DNA from: a virus
DNA length: 64,000 nt
Virus record (IMG/VR): IMGVR_UViG_3300030103_002259
Span: 1-64,000 of that record
Strand: one strand, 5' to 3'
A program made the translations under genes and the position numbers. Positions 38,839-48,614 of the stretch are shown piece by piece (position 1 is the stretch's first letter; each line of letters starts with the position of its first letter). The notes beneath the pieces are model-generated. The model ran no database searches and was not told the DNA's origin. It saw nothing but the letters and a program-made list of their open reading frames with translations.

Positions 38839-41800
38839 ATTTCCTCTATTGTATAACCTTGTTTTCTTAATTCTTCTACCATATCTTCTGTAACCTCATC
38901 TCCTAATTCTAATACACCACCCTTTTGAAAACCTAAAAGATCACCTCCAGTATTATCTCCATCATTAAATAATTGATCAGCTAAAAAACCCCTAGTTCCC
39001 CATTTAAAAGTATTTTCAAGAAGTGGTTGTAATCCCGCACCTTTTAAACCCGCCTCTAAATTATCTTTGTCTAGCTTTTTATAATTATTACTAAACCATT
39101 TTTTTCTATATACATTAAGATCTTCTAACGGAACTTTATCTAATAGACCACGATCAATTTTATCAAAAGGAGCTACACCATAATTTTCAACACCACCTAC
39201 ATGATGAGACCAATCATATTTAGATTTATTTGGTAGGTCAGTTTCTACAGCAAATATACCTCTGTAATTATTATTAGGCTCATCACCCTTACCAAAAAAA
39301 GGAGTATCTACTGTAACACCACTTTTCATTAATATTGGAGCAGGAGCTTTAGCGCCTTTTTGTTTTATTAAATCTTGTAATCCTTTTTTATTTCCAATTT
39401 TTCTATAGAAATGACTTCCTGGAGTAAGTTCATTTTTAGTAAATGCAGTTAAGGGAGCACTTATTGGATTTTTTATAGCACGACCTATATTCTTTAGTAT
39501 AGACCCACCTCTTTGTAATTTAGGTTTATCATTATCATTCATTAAACCAGGTAATGCAAATGGTATTGCTAAACCAGGTAAATATCTAAGAGCTTGATAT
39601 TTTTTTTCTTTTGGTACTCCTTTTTTAAAAAATGAATTTAACGGAACTCCTGTACCTTCCATTTCAAGCATGCCATCTAAAGTTGAATTTGATGGGTTAC
39701 GTAATTCACCAAGAGCCCACTCACTTATCCTCTTATCTCTTTCAGCTATATCTAAAGTTTTACCTGTATTAGGATCTACTTTAAAAGCTTCTTTTACAGT
39801 TTTATCATTTGTCCACTCATCATATATTCGTTTTCTAACAACCATTAACTCTGAGTGTAATTCATTAGGAGACCCAATCCAATCTTTATCAGGCATTACT
39901 TCTTTAAAGAACCTACCTATATTAGTATTTTCATTTGGATAAAAGTATCCTTTACCAGAATCAAATTCTGCTAACACATTACCAAACCCTCTATTTAGCA
40001 TACCTAATCCTTGAGAAGTATGAGCAGCTTCATGTAAAGCTATATCAGTTATTTCACTACTTGGATATCTATATAAACCTATACCTGGATTTGTAACTGA
40101 TAGATTTAAGCTTGATTTATTAACACCAGCTGTATCATTTTGTAAATAGTTTTTAATTAAAAACTTTTTTTCTGGGTCAGTAAATTTACTTGATAAAATA
40201 TCTGTAATACCTTGTGGACGTAGTATATTACGTGTTTTAACCAAAGGGTTTTCTAAATTTAAACCTGGTGTGTTGCCACTATATATAAGAGTATTATCTA
40301 AAGTAAGTCCATCACCTAAACCTAAACGACCCAATCCTTCAAAGTCACCACTACCATCACCTCTAAATTCTTGAGCAAAATATTTATCTTGTCTATTCTG
40401 AGGTCCAGAGAACTCAAATATATCTAATATTTTATCTGATATATCTTCTCTTAATATTTTACCAAATTTAGGATCTACTTCATAAAACCATTTATCATTA
40501 AAATTAACACCTTCTTGTATTGCTAAAGATGCTTCTAAATCTGCAGCTTTTTTTTGGGAAGGTGTCAAAGGTAAAACCTCACCAAAACTTCTTTCTCCTT
40601 TTGTAATATCTTGAATGGCACGTGTAAGACCTTTCTTAGTGTTATCTATCTTATTACTAATAACCTTGCTTGTTAACTTTTTTATACTAGGCTGCACCTC
40701 TTTTACAAGCTTTGCATTTTTTGAGATTTTGTTAATAGCCTTAGATAAAGACGCACCTCTTTGAGCTTTAGGCAACCCTCCATCTTTTAGTTTTTTCCTT
40801 TTATTTCTTTTATCTTCAAATGCAAAAGGTAACCCTAAAGTTAAAGGCAGTAAAGATTTATATATATTAGAATTAGACATATCAAACATTCCATCATTTC
40901 CTATTGCTGATTTAACTCTATTACCAGGTCTATTGTTTATCATAGTTACATTACCAAAGTCATTATACAAAAGAGGATCTCCATCAAAAACATTATTTAA
41001 CTTAATATTATCAATATCATTTTCTATCATGTACTTCATGATTTTATCAGTTGTTGTTCCTTCTGGAAACTGAGAACGTAAATCTTTTACAACATCATTA
41101 AGTTCTTTAGCAGTAGAATAGTCTTGTTCACCTAAACGAGGATCAATATCACTAAGATTTAATGAGTCCCAAACTTGATAATTTACATCTAAATCTGCAG
41201 ATTTTGATGACATTGGATAGTAAAGTTCATTTACATTTCCCACCAACTTTCCATTTAATGTAGCATATTGTCGTGCTACTTCTCTATCTGTAGATGTAAA
41301 AAGTGGTTGATGAAGATCTTCAAGATTCTTCATAGATCCTCTATATGTAGAACCAGCCCCTTGAGGAAATGCTTTTTTAAAGTTCTTACTCTGCTGTTGT
41401 ACAAATTGCTCAGGAGTACCTTTAAATAGACTACCATCTGCATTTTTCATCCAAGTATCATTTTGTTTTGTATTATATTCAATAGCACGATACTCTTCAA
41501 TTAATGGTTTATTATTAGGTATGTTCTTGTTCCACTTACCCCAATCTATTTGTGATTTAAAATTTTTAACAGGTAGTTTTTTTGCAGCTTTGGCTAATGC
41601 AGCACCAAGTTGAGCTTTAGGTAAATCTTCTACTATGTAACCACCGTCTACATACTTTTGTATTTCTTCATCATCTAATTCAAGTTCTATTGGACCACCC
41701 CTCTGTCTAATTAAATCTAAGTTAGGTTCTGCTGCTTTCCACCATTTTTCTCCAAATGGTATACTAAAAGGTAAGTCAACAAAATGCTCTCTTGCACCCA

Positions 41801-43211
41801 GAGTCCTATTAACACCATCAAAATTTAAAACCCTTCTTGCACCACGTTCATTATCAGGATCAAACACAGAACCTAATTTATCCATTCCACCTGTTAGCCA
41901 ATTATCATCTGGTAAATAAGGTTGAAGTTTATTTGAATCTATAAATTGAGCACCAAATCCATGTTGAAGCAAATTACTTATATTCTCTTGAGTAGTTTTA
42001 TTTTGATGTAAACCAAGCTGTAAAGGGTTTGTATAATCAAAAAGTTTAAAAGGAACATCTGAAACACTAGTAATTACATCAGGGTTAAGTATAACTAGCT
42101 CGTTACCACCTATATCTATTACACCATCTATTCCATATTTAGATCTTAATGTTGCTGCCTTTTGTGGAGTCATCCCCATATGCCCACCAATATGCGGACC
42201 TGTTGAACGTTCAATAAAATGTACACCAACATCTCTAAGTGCATTAAGAACATACGGATTATTACCACCAACCAACCTAGCATTAGGAGAAACTCCTATT
42301 TCTTTTATTCTTCCAAGATCAGCTGGTCTACTAGAAGGATCCCTCAGAAGTTTACTTATAGCAAATTCTGTAGGAAGATCATATTTTAGTGAAGCTTGAG
42401 CACCTTGATTTTTATTAAGACCTCCAAAAAAACCATACTCTGTCAATGAATTACCAGGTTTAGTACCAGTTGATGTCCAATCTTTAAATCCTTTAGGGTC
42501 TATTTTTGAACGATCAAATTCAAGATCTTCTAAAGTAAAACCTGGACTTGTTGAACCAACACCGTGATAAAAACTTCCAAGTGGTTCTGTTAAAAAACCA
42601 TCATCATCAAATACTAAAGAATCACCCCTTTTTGTTTCAATAACATATGGATTTTCTAAATATTTTTCAATATTTGTTTTAAAAACATCTGATGATTGCA
42701 GAATCATATCTTGCATGAGAGCTAGTTTTTCCTCTTCTGACTTTCCTAGTATATTAAAACGCCTATCTCTAGTACCACGACTTACATCATCTGCAGTAAT
42801 TTCTATTCTATTATCAGTTGTAAGATCAACACCTCTCAATGGAACTTCATATTGACCAGGGTCAAGTTGGTTCTTTAGTAGTCTACCTTGACTTTCTTTA
42901 ATTGCAGATACTATACTAGGTAGCCTTAGTCCATACTTTTTGTAATCTGCAGCGGCCCTTGCTAAAACATCAAGTTCTGCTTTAGATAATATCTTTCCAC
43001 GTCTCAATGCATTTATTCCTTTAAAAGCACCACCACCTTGGAAATATTGAGCATTAGGATTATAAATTCTTCTAGGGCTTGGTTTACTAAAAAGAGGATT
43101 AGGTGCAAATACAGAATTAGTAGCAGATAAACTTTTGCTATATCTTTTAGTTCTGTATTGATCTCTTAGATCTCTATCTATTGCACTTAGTACTCTTTTA
43201 TTATAACTCAT
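38835..43211 (-). CDS. Modular cargo-like polyprotein with ADP-ribosyltransferase-like domains and a zincin metallopeptidase
   Basis: 1458 aa. FYHG...GIDGV...ELVILNP; YRG...LFTS...A.QYA...VKSAIGNDGMFD; LHEAAH...PNE; FYRKIG. Modules are separated by QxGG/LPKAQxG motifs. Confidence 0.65.
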   Translation of the reverse strand: MSYNKRVLSAIDRDLRDQYRTKRYSKSLSATNSVFAPNPLFSKPSPRRIYNPNAQYFQGGGAFKGINALRRGKILSKAELDVLARAAADYKKYGLRLPSIVSAIKESQGRLLKNQLDPGQYEVPLRGVDLTTDNRIEITADDVSRGTRDRRFNILGKSEEEKLALMQDMILQSSDVFKTNIEKYLENPYVIETKRGDSLVFDDDGFLTEPLGSFYHGVGSTSPGFTLEDLEFDRSKIDPKGFKDWTSTGTKPGNSLTEYGFFGGLNKNQGAQASLKYDLPTEFAISKLLRDPSSRPADLGRIKEIGVSPNARLVGGNNPYVLNALRDVGVHFIERSTGPHIGGHMGMTPQKAATLRSKYGIDGVIDIGGNELVILNPDVITSVSDVPFKLFDYTNPLQLGLHQNKTTQENISNLLQHGFGAQFIDSNKLQPYLPDDNWLTGGMDKLGSVFDPDNERGARRVLNFDGVNRTLGAREHFVDLPFSIPFGEKWWKAAEPNLDLIRQRGGPIELELDDEEIQKYVDGGYIVEDLPKAQLGAALAKAAKKLPVKNFKSQIDWGKWNKNIPNNKPLIEEYRAIEYNTKQNDTWMKNADGSLFKGTPEQFVQQQSKNFKKAFPQGAGSTYRGSMKNLEDLHQPLFTSTDREVARQYATLNGKLVGNVNELYYPMSSKSADLDVNYQVWDSLNLSDIDPRLGEQDYSTAKELNDVVKDLRSQFPEGTTTDKIMKYMIENDIDNIKLNNVFDGDPLLYNDFGNVTMINNRPGNRVKSAIGNDGMFDMSNSNIYKSLLPLTLGLPFAFEDKRNKRKKLKDGGLPKAQRGASLSKAINKISKNAKLVKEVQPSIKKLTSKVISNKIDNTKKGLTRAIQDITKGERSFGEVLPLTPSQKKAADLEASLAIQEGVNFNDKWFYEVDPKFGKILREDISDKILDIFEFSGPQNRQDKYFAQEFRGDGSGDFEGLGRLGLGDGLTLDNTLIYSGNTPGLNLENPLVKTRNILRPQGITDILSSKFTDPEKKFLIKNYLQNDTAGVNKSSLNLSVTNPGIGLYRYPSSEITDIALHEAAHTSQGLGMLNRGFGNVLAEFDSGKGYFYPNENTNIGRFFKEVMPDKDWIGSPNELHSELMVVRKRIYDEWTNDKTVKEAFKVDPNTGKTLDIAERDKRISEWALGELRNPSNSTLDGMLEMEGTGVPLNSFFKKGVPKEKKYQALRYLPGLAIPFALPGLMNDNDKPKLQRGGSILKNIGRAIKNPISAPLTAFTKNELTPGSHFYRKIGNKKGLQDLIKQKGAKAPAPILMKSGVTVDTPFFGKGDEPNNNYRGIFAVETDLPNKSKYDWSHHVGGVENYGVAPFDKIDRGLLDKVPLEDLNVYRKKWFSNNYKKLDKDNLEAGLKGAGLQPLLENTFKWGTRGFLADQLFNDGDNTGGDLLGFQKGGVLELGDEVTEDMVEELRKQGYTIEEI

Positions 43212-46200
43212 TACCTTTGTGATAATTGATTCTTACTATTAACTATTTTCATTATCATATTAATATCATTACACTCTTTTCTTGTCAATGTTATAAAGTT
43301 AGTATAATGTCTGAATTTTTTTCTTTGAAGTTCAGATTTATTATAATCTAAGTTAGATTGATTAAGAACTCTAGTGTAACCATTTTGAGATGTCACCCAA
43401 GTATTTTCAGAAGCATAGTTACCTTGTAGTATTGTAGTACCAGGTATTACTGACCCTGTTGGTGGATAACTAGAACCTATTGGAAACTCCGCTCTATCTT
43501 TAGTAATATCCCAGAATTGATTTATTCTATACTTCTGCTCTTCTTTAGTAAATAAAACATCATATGAAGATAAGTTATCAGCCAACTTAGGATACTTCAT
43601 AGATTCTACAATATTATTTTTAGGATAAAGATTTAAATTTAAATACCCAGAAACTTGTTCTGAATTATAAATAACTGCTTGATCAAAATTATAATCTAAT
43701 ACATGATGTTGATCAATACAATTACTCTCCTTTCTTCTATAACATTCTAATATATAAGTTAAAGATCTTAAGGTAACTACATTTTGTCCCGTAAGCGAAG
43801 GTATCTCAACTTCAAACCCATATTGTTTACCATAGTAATTACAAAAACTATTACACAAGTAGTTATGTCTCCATAAACCATCTTTCTTTGTAGAAATAAA
43901 ATAATCTTTAGTACCAAAATTAAGATCTGGATGCCAATCATGATAGCTAACAAAGAAATTACTTTTTGGATCATAACTAACTGTCCAAGAAGCATCCTCA
44001 AAAATTCTTTCATCTCCTAGTCTATATTGAGTATTTTTATTTTCATCTACAGAAAAATAATCACCTGTACCATCTGAATTTAAAGGTATATATTTAGTTC
44101 TTCCTTTATACTCATCTTTTAAATAGTAGTCAGTTTTACAGAAGTATAACATTGTACTTGTATTACCATAGATTGCTTGACATCCTATACCAGCTACTGG
44201 GTTATCTATATAAGGGTATTCTGGAAAATCTTCAGTTAGCTTATATGGCATAAATAATGTAAACCACCACTTTAATCCTGAGTTAGAAATTTCAGTTAAA
44301 CCTTGACCATAAGAAAATATTTTCCCCTGATCTTGACTCATATAAAATATACCCACTGGAGTAGATATTACAGATAACCTACTTTGACATGAACCGTACT
44401 CATATGGTAAATCTGCTGATGAAACATTTTGTTGTGGCTGACTAAACAAACCACCATCACCTATAGTAATCTTTGTACCTAAATCAGTTTGTAGTGTATC
44501 AACACCTTGATACATTATTGGAGATTCATTTTTAAACGTAATAAAAATACCACTATCGTTTATTGACTTGACACTATTTATTTGACTTTTAAAAGACTTA
44601 TAGTTATTAATTAAATAAATAAACCAACTATCTTTTACAGATTCATCTTGAACAGGTAAAGAATAAATTAACCTATCAGGAAAATATGTAAAACATAAGT
44701 TTGCAACAGAAGGATCATACGTTCTAGCTTGTAAAAATCCTTGTGAGAAATATTGATTATATAATTTAGATATACTCAAGGAATAGTCATATCTATAATC
44801 TGTACTTTGACCGATAACATTGGGGTTAATATTAAACATAGCCCTATAGTCTGTATACCTATACGGATTATAATGTTTTCTACCAACCTCCTCTGCTTGT
44901 GATCTAAAGTCTGTAAGAACATCTGTTTCAACAAAGAAATCTCTTATGCCTGAGTTAGCTAAATAAAAGTAAGCTTGTTTAATTGAAAATACGCCCTTTT
45001 CCTTATCTTGAAAAATACCTAGAATACCTGAAGGTTTTCTTTTATCATCTGTATAACTATAAAATCTATTATTATTAACTCTATAGTCTAAATTAAAAAA
45101 AGCATTAGGTAATGCACCCTCACCTACAACATCATCAGCAAATATATTGAATGATTCTTTTAAATCACCAACATCATATTTCTTACTATTAATTGCAAAC
45201 CTAGCGTCTGGAATTTGATCTCTTAAGAAATAATTAAACTCAAAATCATCTGGTTGATTATATAACCAATCATAGAAAAATAACATATTATTTTTTTCTG
45301 TATATCTAGTTACATAAGTATCACCTCCAAAAAATAAATCAGTACTTGTAATTCGTTTATAATAATATACTATGTTATCAATTGGACAAAAATATTCTAA
45401 ATCTAAAGGCGGTGTTTCTGATAGCTTTTGTTCACAAGGTGAAATAATAACCTGTTTAACAGAATCTAATTGACCATATTGATTTCTAATTCTAGACCTT
45501 AGAGCTCCATATTGACTAGCAATGGGTAAACCAAAAGCATTTCTAGGATTTTCAAAAGTTGGTAATTTTCCATCACTTGGTATTAGAGGACTATTACTAT
45601 TTTGTACTAGTGTGCCCAAAGTGACTAATGATGAATCTTTTTCTCCTAACAACTTTGGTCCAATATTAACACCTTCAGAAAATGCTGGATTAAAAAATGG
45701 CCCTGATTTAGTTCTAAGAGTAACTGTCTCAGGTCTTTTTAAATTATTAATAGTATAGTTTTGATACAACCCTAATTGATTTTGATAAGTAGGAACCTCT
45801 TGAAAATTATTTTTTATGTAAAAACCATCATCTAATTTAAATCTATATAAGTCAGTAAACTCAGGAGGGTTCATATTAGAATAAAAACCATGACTTATCT
45901 GTTGTAAAGCAAACTGTCTTTTGGGTGTAAAAGCATATATTAATTCTAAAGTAGCACTTGCACCTTCTGAAAAATAATATGCTATATGATTTATAGCACC
46001 AAGAGTTTTAGCTAACGGTCCTAAGTATGTCCAAGCAGGTAGCTCTACATTAACTGTAGTGTAAGGCACTGTTGTTGCACCAGTTAATGCAAGGGGAGCC
46101 ATCGCAGCATAAAATGAGGCATCAATAGCTGCCATACCTGGAGCTTCATATGGCGGAAATAAACTTACTAGAGAATCAGCTGCACCTGCGGCACTTGAAT

Positions 46201-48613
46201 GATATGCTTGCAAAAGAATATTTCTAGCTGTTACAGCGGCAATAACACCAGCTTGACCACCTATGTATGTAGCAGATGATACACCAAGAGCATCTCCTGG
46301 TAAAGAGCCTGATGTAAATTCTTGTTTTCTTTCTGTTTTTTTACCCATTAAAGATAAAGTAACTGCAGCAAGACCAGCAACTATTATTGGTATCAAGGCA
46401 GCATTAGTAATCATTCTAAATTCAGGATGATCACTTGGTTCTATAAACTGTTGTGTACTAATACCAGATATGTGACCGTATAGTTTAAACTCAGTTGTAT
46501 TTAATTGAGGATTTCTAAAAGTAGTTTCTGGTGAATGAAATGTAAATATATCAGTAGGTATTTGTTGATTAATTACATCATCTTCATCATTAGTATTTTT
46601 AATATATGGATCATTAAATCTAAAATTATGATCTGAAATATTATTAGAATGTCCTAAAGGAAGTATTGAATTAAAAGGATAATTAGGATATAAACCAGTC
46701 TGGCCCTTTTTAACACTACCCTTAAACTTAAAAGTTCTAAAGTTATTTACCATACCTTTAGCAAGTATAGATTTGTTACCTTCTCTAGAACCTCTCAATA
46801 TTTCATACCCAACTATACCAGGTATATCATTACCATTTTGATCTTTAGGTAAAATAATATTTTCAAAATATACCCCTAACAATCTTATTTTAAAATCATT
46901 ACCATTATTTAATGGATCAGGATTTGGTTTAAAATGAGAAACAACATCAGAACTACTATTTAATATAAAGTCTTCAGGAAATTTATGATGTCTAATGTAT
47001 TTACCACAAAGGTCAAAACTACCATTTTGAGCTGGCCCAGTAGTCCAACAATATTCACTAGGGTTCCATATATCAGGTCTATTTTTAGAATACTTTTCAG
47101 TAGACTCCCAATAGCCCATATCTCCTACTGCAATCACTGTACCTCCATCTTCTGTTGTTGAACCAACTAAAGGTCCTGTAGTAATAGACGCAGTGTTTTT
47201 TACCTCAAATGCTTTATCATCATCAGTTAATGAATTTTGATCAGATATGATTTCATCTTCTAAAACTGTTTGTGTTACCCCATTAGAATCAACATATTGA
47301 ATTTCTCTAGGAGCTCTTCCTGGAATATGATACGAAGAAGATTTATCTCCTGTATCATAGACCCACCTTATATAAAAAGTATAAACCTCGTCTCTTAAGT
47401 AATTACCTTTATTACCACCTTTATCATAATAATTACCTGGATATTCTACTGAAGCCCACTTAGCTTTAATCATATTAGCTAAAGGTTGGTAATTAAAATC
47501 AAATCTTGATCTAGGACCTACTCTAAGTAAATAACCATTTGCATCTGTCATTTGATCTGTTGTCTCAAATACAGGAGTTACAACTGGCAGCTGTTCAAGC
47601 GGAATTGATACTAAACTAGCATTAATTTGATCTACACTAATTCTTTCTACAGTGGTAGAATAAAAACCTAGTTGTACAGCTACAGTACCTTGATTAACAT
47701 TTTGTACTAACACACATACAAACTCATCAAAGTTTTCCGTATCGGCCTTTACATTTATTTGTAAGGATCCTGATAAGTCATTTACATTATAAACAAATTG
47801 ATTATTACTTTGAGAAAAATAATCTGTTACTTTTTGACCTTTTATAGTATATGCTATTAAAGCAAAGTAAGTACCATTAGCTATTGTACCACCAGTATCA
47901 CCTAGCTCAATAGATAAACATGGTGTCTCCATAAGCCTAGCTAATCTTGCTTTATCACAATCTAAAACATTAGTATTTTTACATATTTCACAATCATTAA
48001 CTTCTTCACATTCCTCAACCCATTGAACTCCAGGCCATAAAAACTCTACGTCTGTGCCATTACTATAATAATTATTACCTATATAATTATAAGAAGAATC
48101 AGGCCAAGAAGCATCATCACCAATATTTAAAAATCTGTCTGGATTATTACCATCTGCCCAATATACTTGCCAGCTACAATCTTCTTTTTCTCTAGAAGAA
48201 CCTGATATAAGATAGCGTTTATCAAACTTTAAACATGCATCCTGAACAATTACTCTATATGTACAGCTGTCTGTTTCAAATAAACCTATTTCAGAATCTA
48301 TAGGTCTACCAGATATATCATGACCTGCTGTATAAATAACCCACTTATCACTAAATAAATGTATACCACCTATTATATGTTTTTCTGTAACCTCAGCAGG
48401 CATAGTTCTACCTGTAACACCGCATAAGTAATTAGATGATTCATTTGAAATAGTTCCAAGATCTCCTTCTATAGTACTACTAGTAGCATTTATAGCATGA
48501 GTCCACATACCTTCAGTAACATATGAAGGTTCTGAATCTTTATTAAGACCTTTTACAAATGAATTTGTAACATCTTGAGATACATTTTGTAAACCAGAGT
48601 TCTTCTTAGCCAT
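43211..48613 (-). CDS. Tail muzzle / stabilization protein (crAss-like, P22 gp10-like)
   Basis: 1800 aa, beta-rich. N-terminal FVKGLNKD, YWADGNNPDRFLNI, YLRDEVY and WTVSYDP...SYHDW motifs. Follows the ring-protein genes. Confidence 0.8.
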   Translation of the reverse strand: MAKKNSGLQNVSQDVTNSFVKGLNKDSEPSYVTEGMWTHAINATSSTIEGDLGTISNESSNYLCGVTGRTMPAEVTEKHIIGGIHLFSDKWVIYTAGHDISGRPIDSEIGLFETDSCTYRVIVQDACLKFDKRYLISGSSREKEDCSWQVYWADGNNPDRFLNIGDDASWPDSSYNYIGNNYYSNGTDVEFLWPGVQWVEECEEVNDCEICKNTNVLDCDKARLARLMETPCLSIELGDTGGTIANGTYFALIAYTIKGQKVTDYFSQSNNQFVYNVNDLSGSLQINVKADTENFDEFVCVLVQNVNQGTVAVQLGFYSTTVERISVDQINASLVSIPLEQLPVVTPVFETTDQMTDANGYLLRVGPRSRFDFNYQPLANMIKAKWASVEYPGNYYDKGGNKGNYLRDEVYTFYIRWVYDTGDKSSSYHIPGRAPREIQYVDSNGVTQTVLEDEIISDQNSLTDDDKAFEVKNTASITTGPLVGSTTEDGGTVIAVGDMGYWESTEKYSKNRPDIWNPSEYCWTTGPAQNGSFDLCGKYIRHHKFPEDFILNSSSDVVSHFKPNPDPLNNGNDFKIRLLGVYFENIILPKDQNGNDIPGIVGYEILRGSREGNKSILAKGMVNNFRTFKFKGSVKKGQTGLYPNYPFNSILPLGHSNNISDHNFRFNDPYIKNTNDEDDVINQQIPTDIFTFHSPETTFRNPQLNTTEFKLYGHISGISTQQFIEPSDHPEFRMITNAALIPIIVAGLAAVTLSLMGKKTERKQEFTSGSLPGDALGVSSATYIGGQAGVIAAVTARNILLQAYHSSAAGAADSLVSLFPPYEAPGMAAIDASFYAAMAPLALTGATTVPYTTVNVELPAWTYLGPLAKTLGAINHIAYYFSEGASATLELIYAFTPKRQFALQQISHGFYSNMNPPEFTDLYRFKLDDGFYIKNNFQEVPTYQNQLGLYQNYTINNLKRPETVTLRTKSGPFFNPAFSEGVNIGPKLLGEKDSSLVTLGTLVQNSNSPLIPSDGKLPTFENPRNAFGLPIASQYGALRSRIRNQYGQLDSVKQVIISPCEQKLSETPPLDLEYFCPIDNIVYYYKRITSTDLFFGGDTYVTRYTEKNNMLFFYDWLYNQPDDFEFNYFLRDQIPDARFAINSKKYDVGDLKESFNIFADDVVGEGALPNAFFNLDYRVNNNRFYSYTDDKRKPSGILGIFQDKEKGVFSIKQAYFYLANSGIRDFFVETDVLTDFRSQAEEVGRKHYNPYRYTDYRAMFNINPNVIGQSTDYRYDYSLSISKLYNQYFSQGFLQARTYDPSVANLCFTYFPDRLIYSLPVQDESVKDSWFIYLINNYKSFKSQINSVKSINDSGIFITFKNESPIMYQGVDTLQTDLGTKITIGDGGLFSQPQQNVSSADLPYEYGSCQSRLSVISTPVGIFYMSQDQGKIFSYGQGLTEISNSGLKWWFTLFMPYKLTEDFPEYPYIDNPVAGIGCQAIYGNTSTMLYFCKTDYYLKDEYKGRTKYIPLNSDGTGDYFSVDENKNTQYRLGDERIFEDASWTVSYDPKSNFFVSYHDWHPDLNFGTKDYFISTKKDGLWRHNYLCNSFCNYYGKQYGFEVEIPSLTGQNVVTLRSLTYILECYRRKESNCIDQHHVLDYNFDQAVIYNSEQVSGYLNLNLYPKNNIVESMKYPKLADNLSSYDVLFTKEEQKYRINQFWDITKDRAEFPIGSSYPPTGSVIPGTTILQGNYASENTWVTSQNGYTRVLNQSNLDYNKSELQRKKFRHYTNFITLTRKECNDINMIMKIVNSKNQLSQR

Positions 48614-48614
48614 A

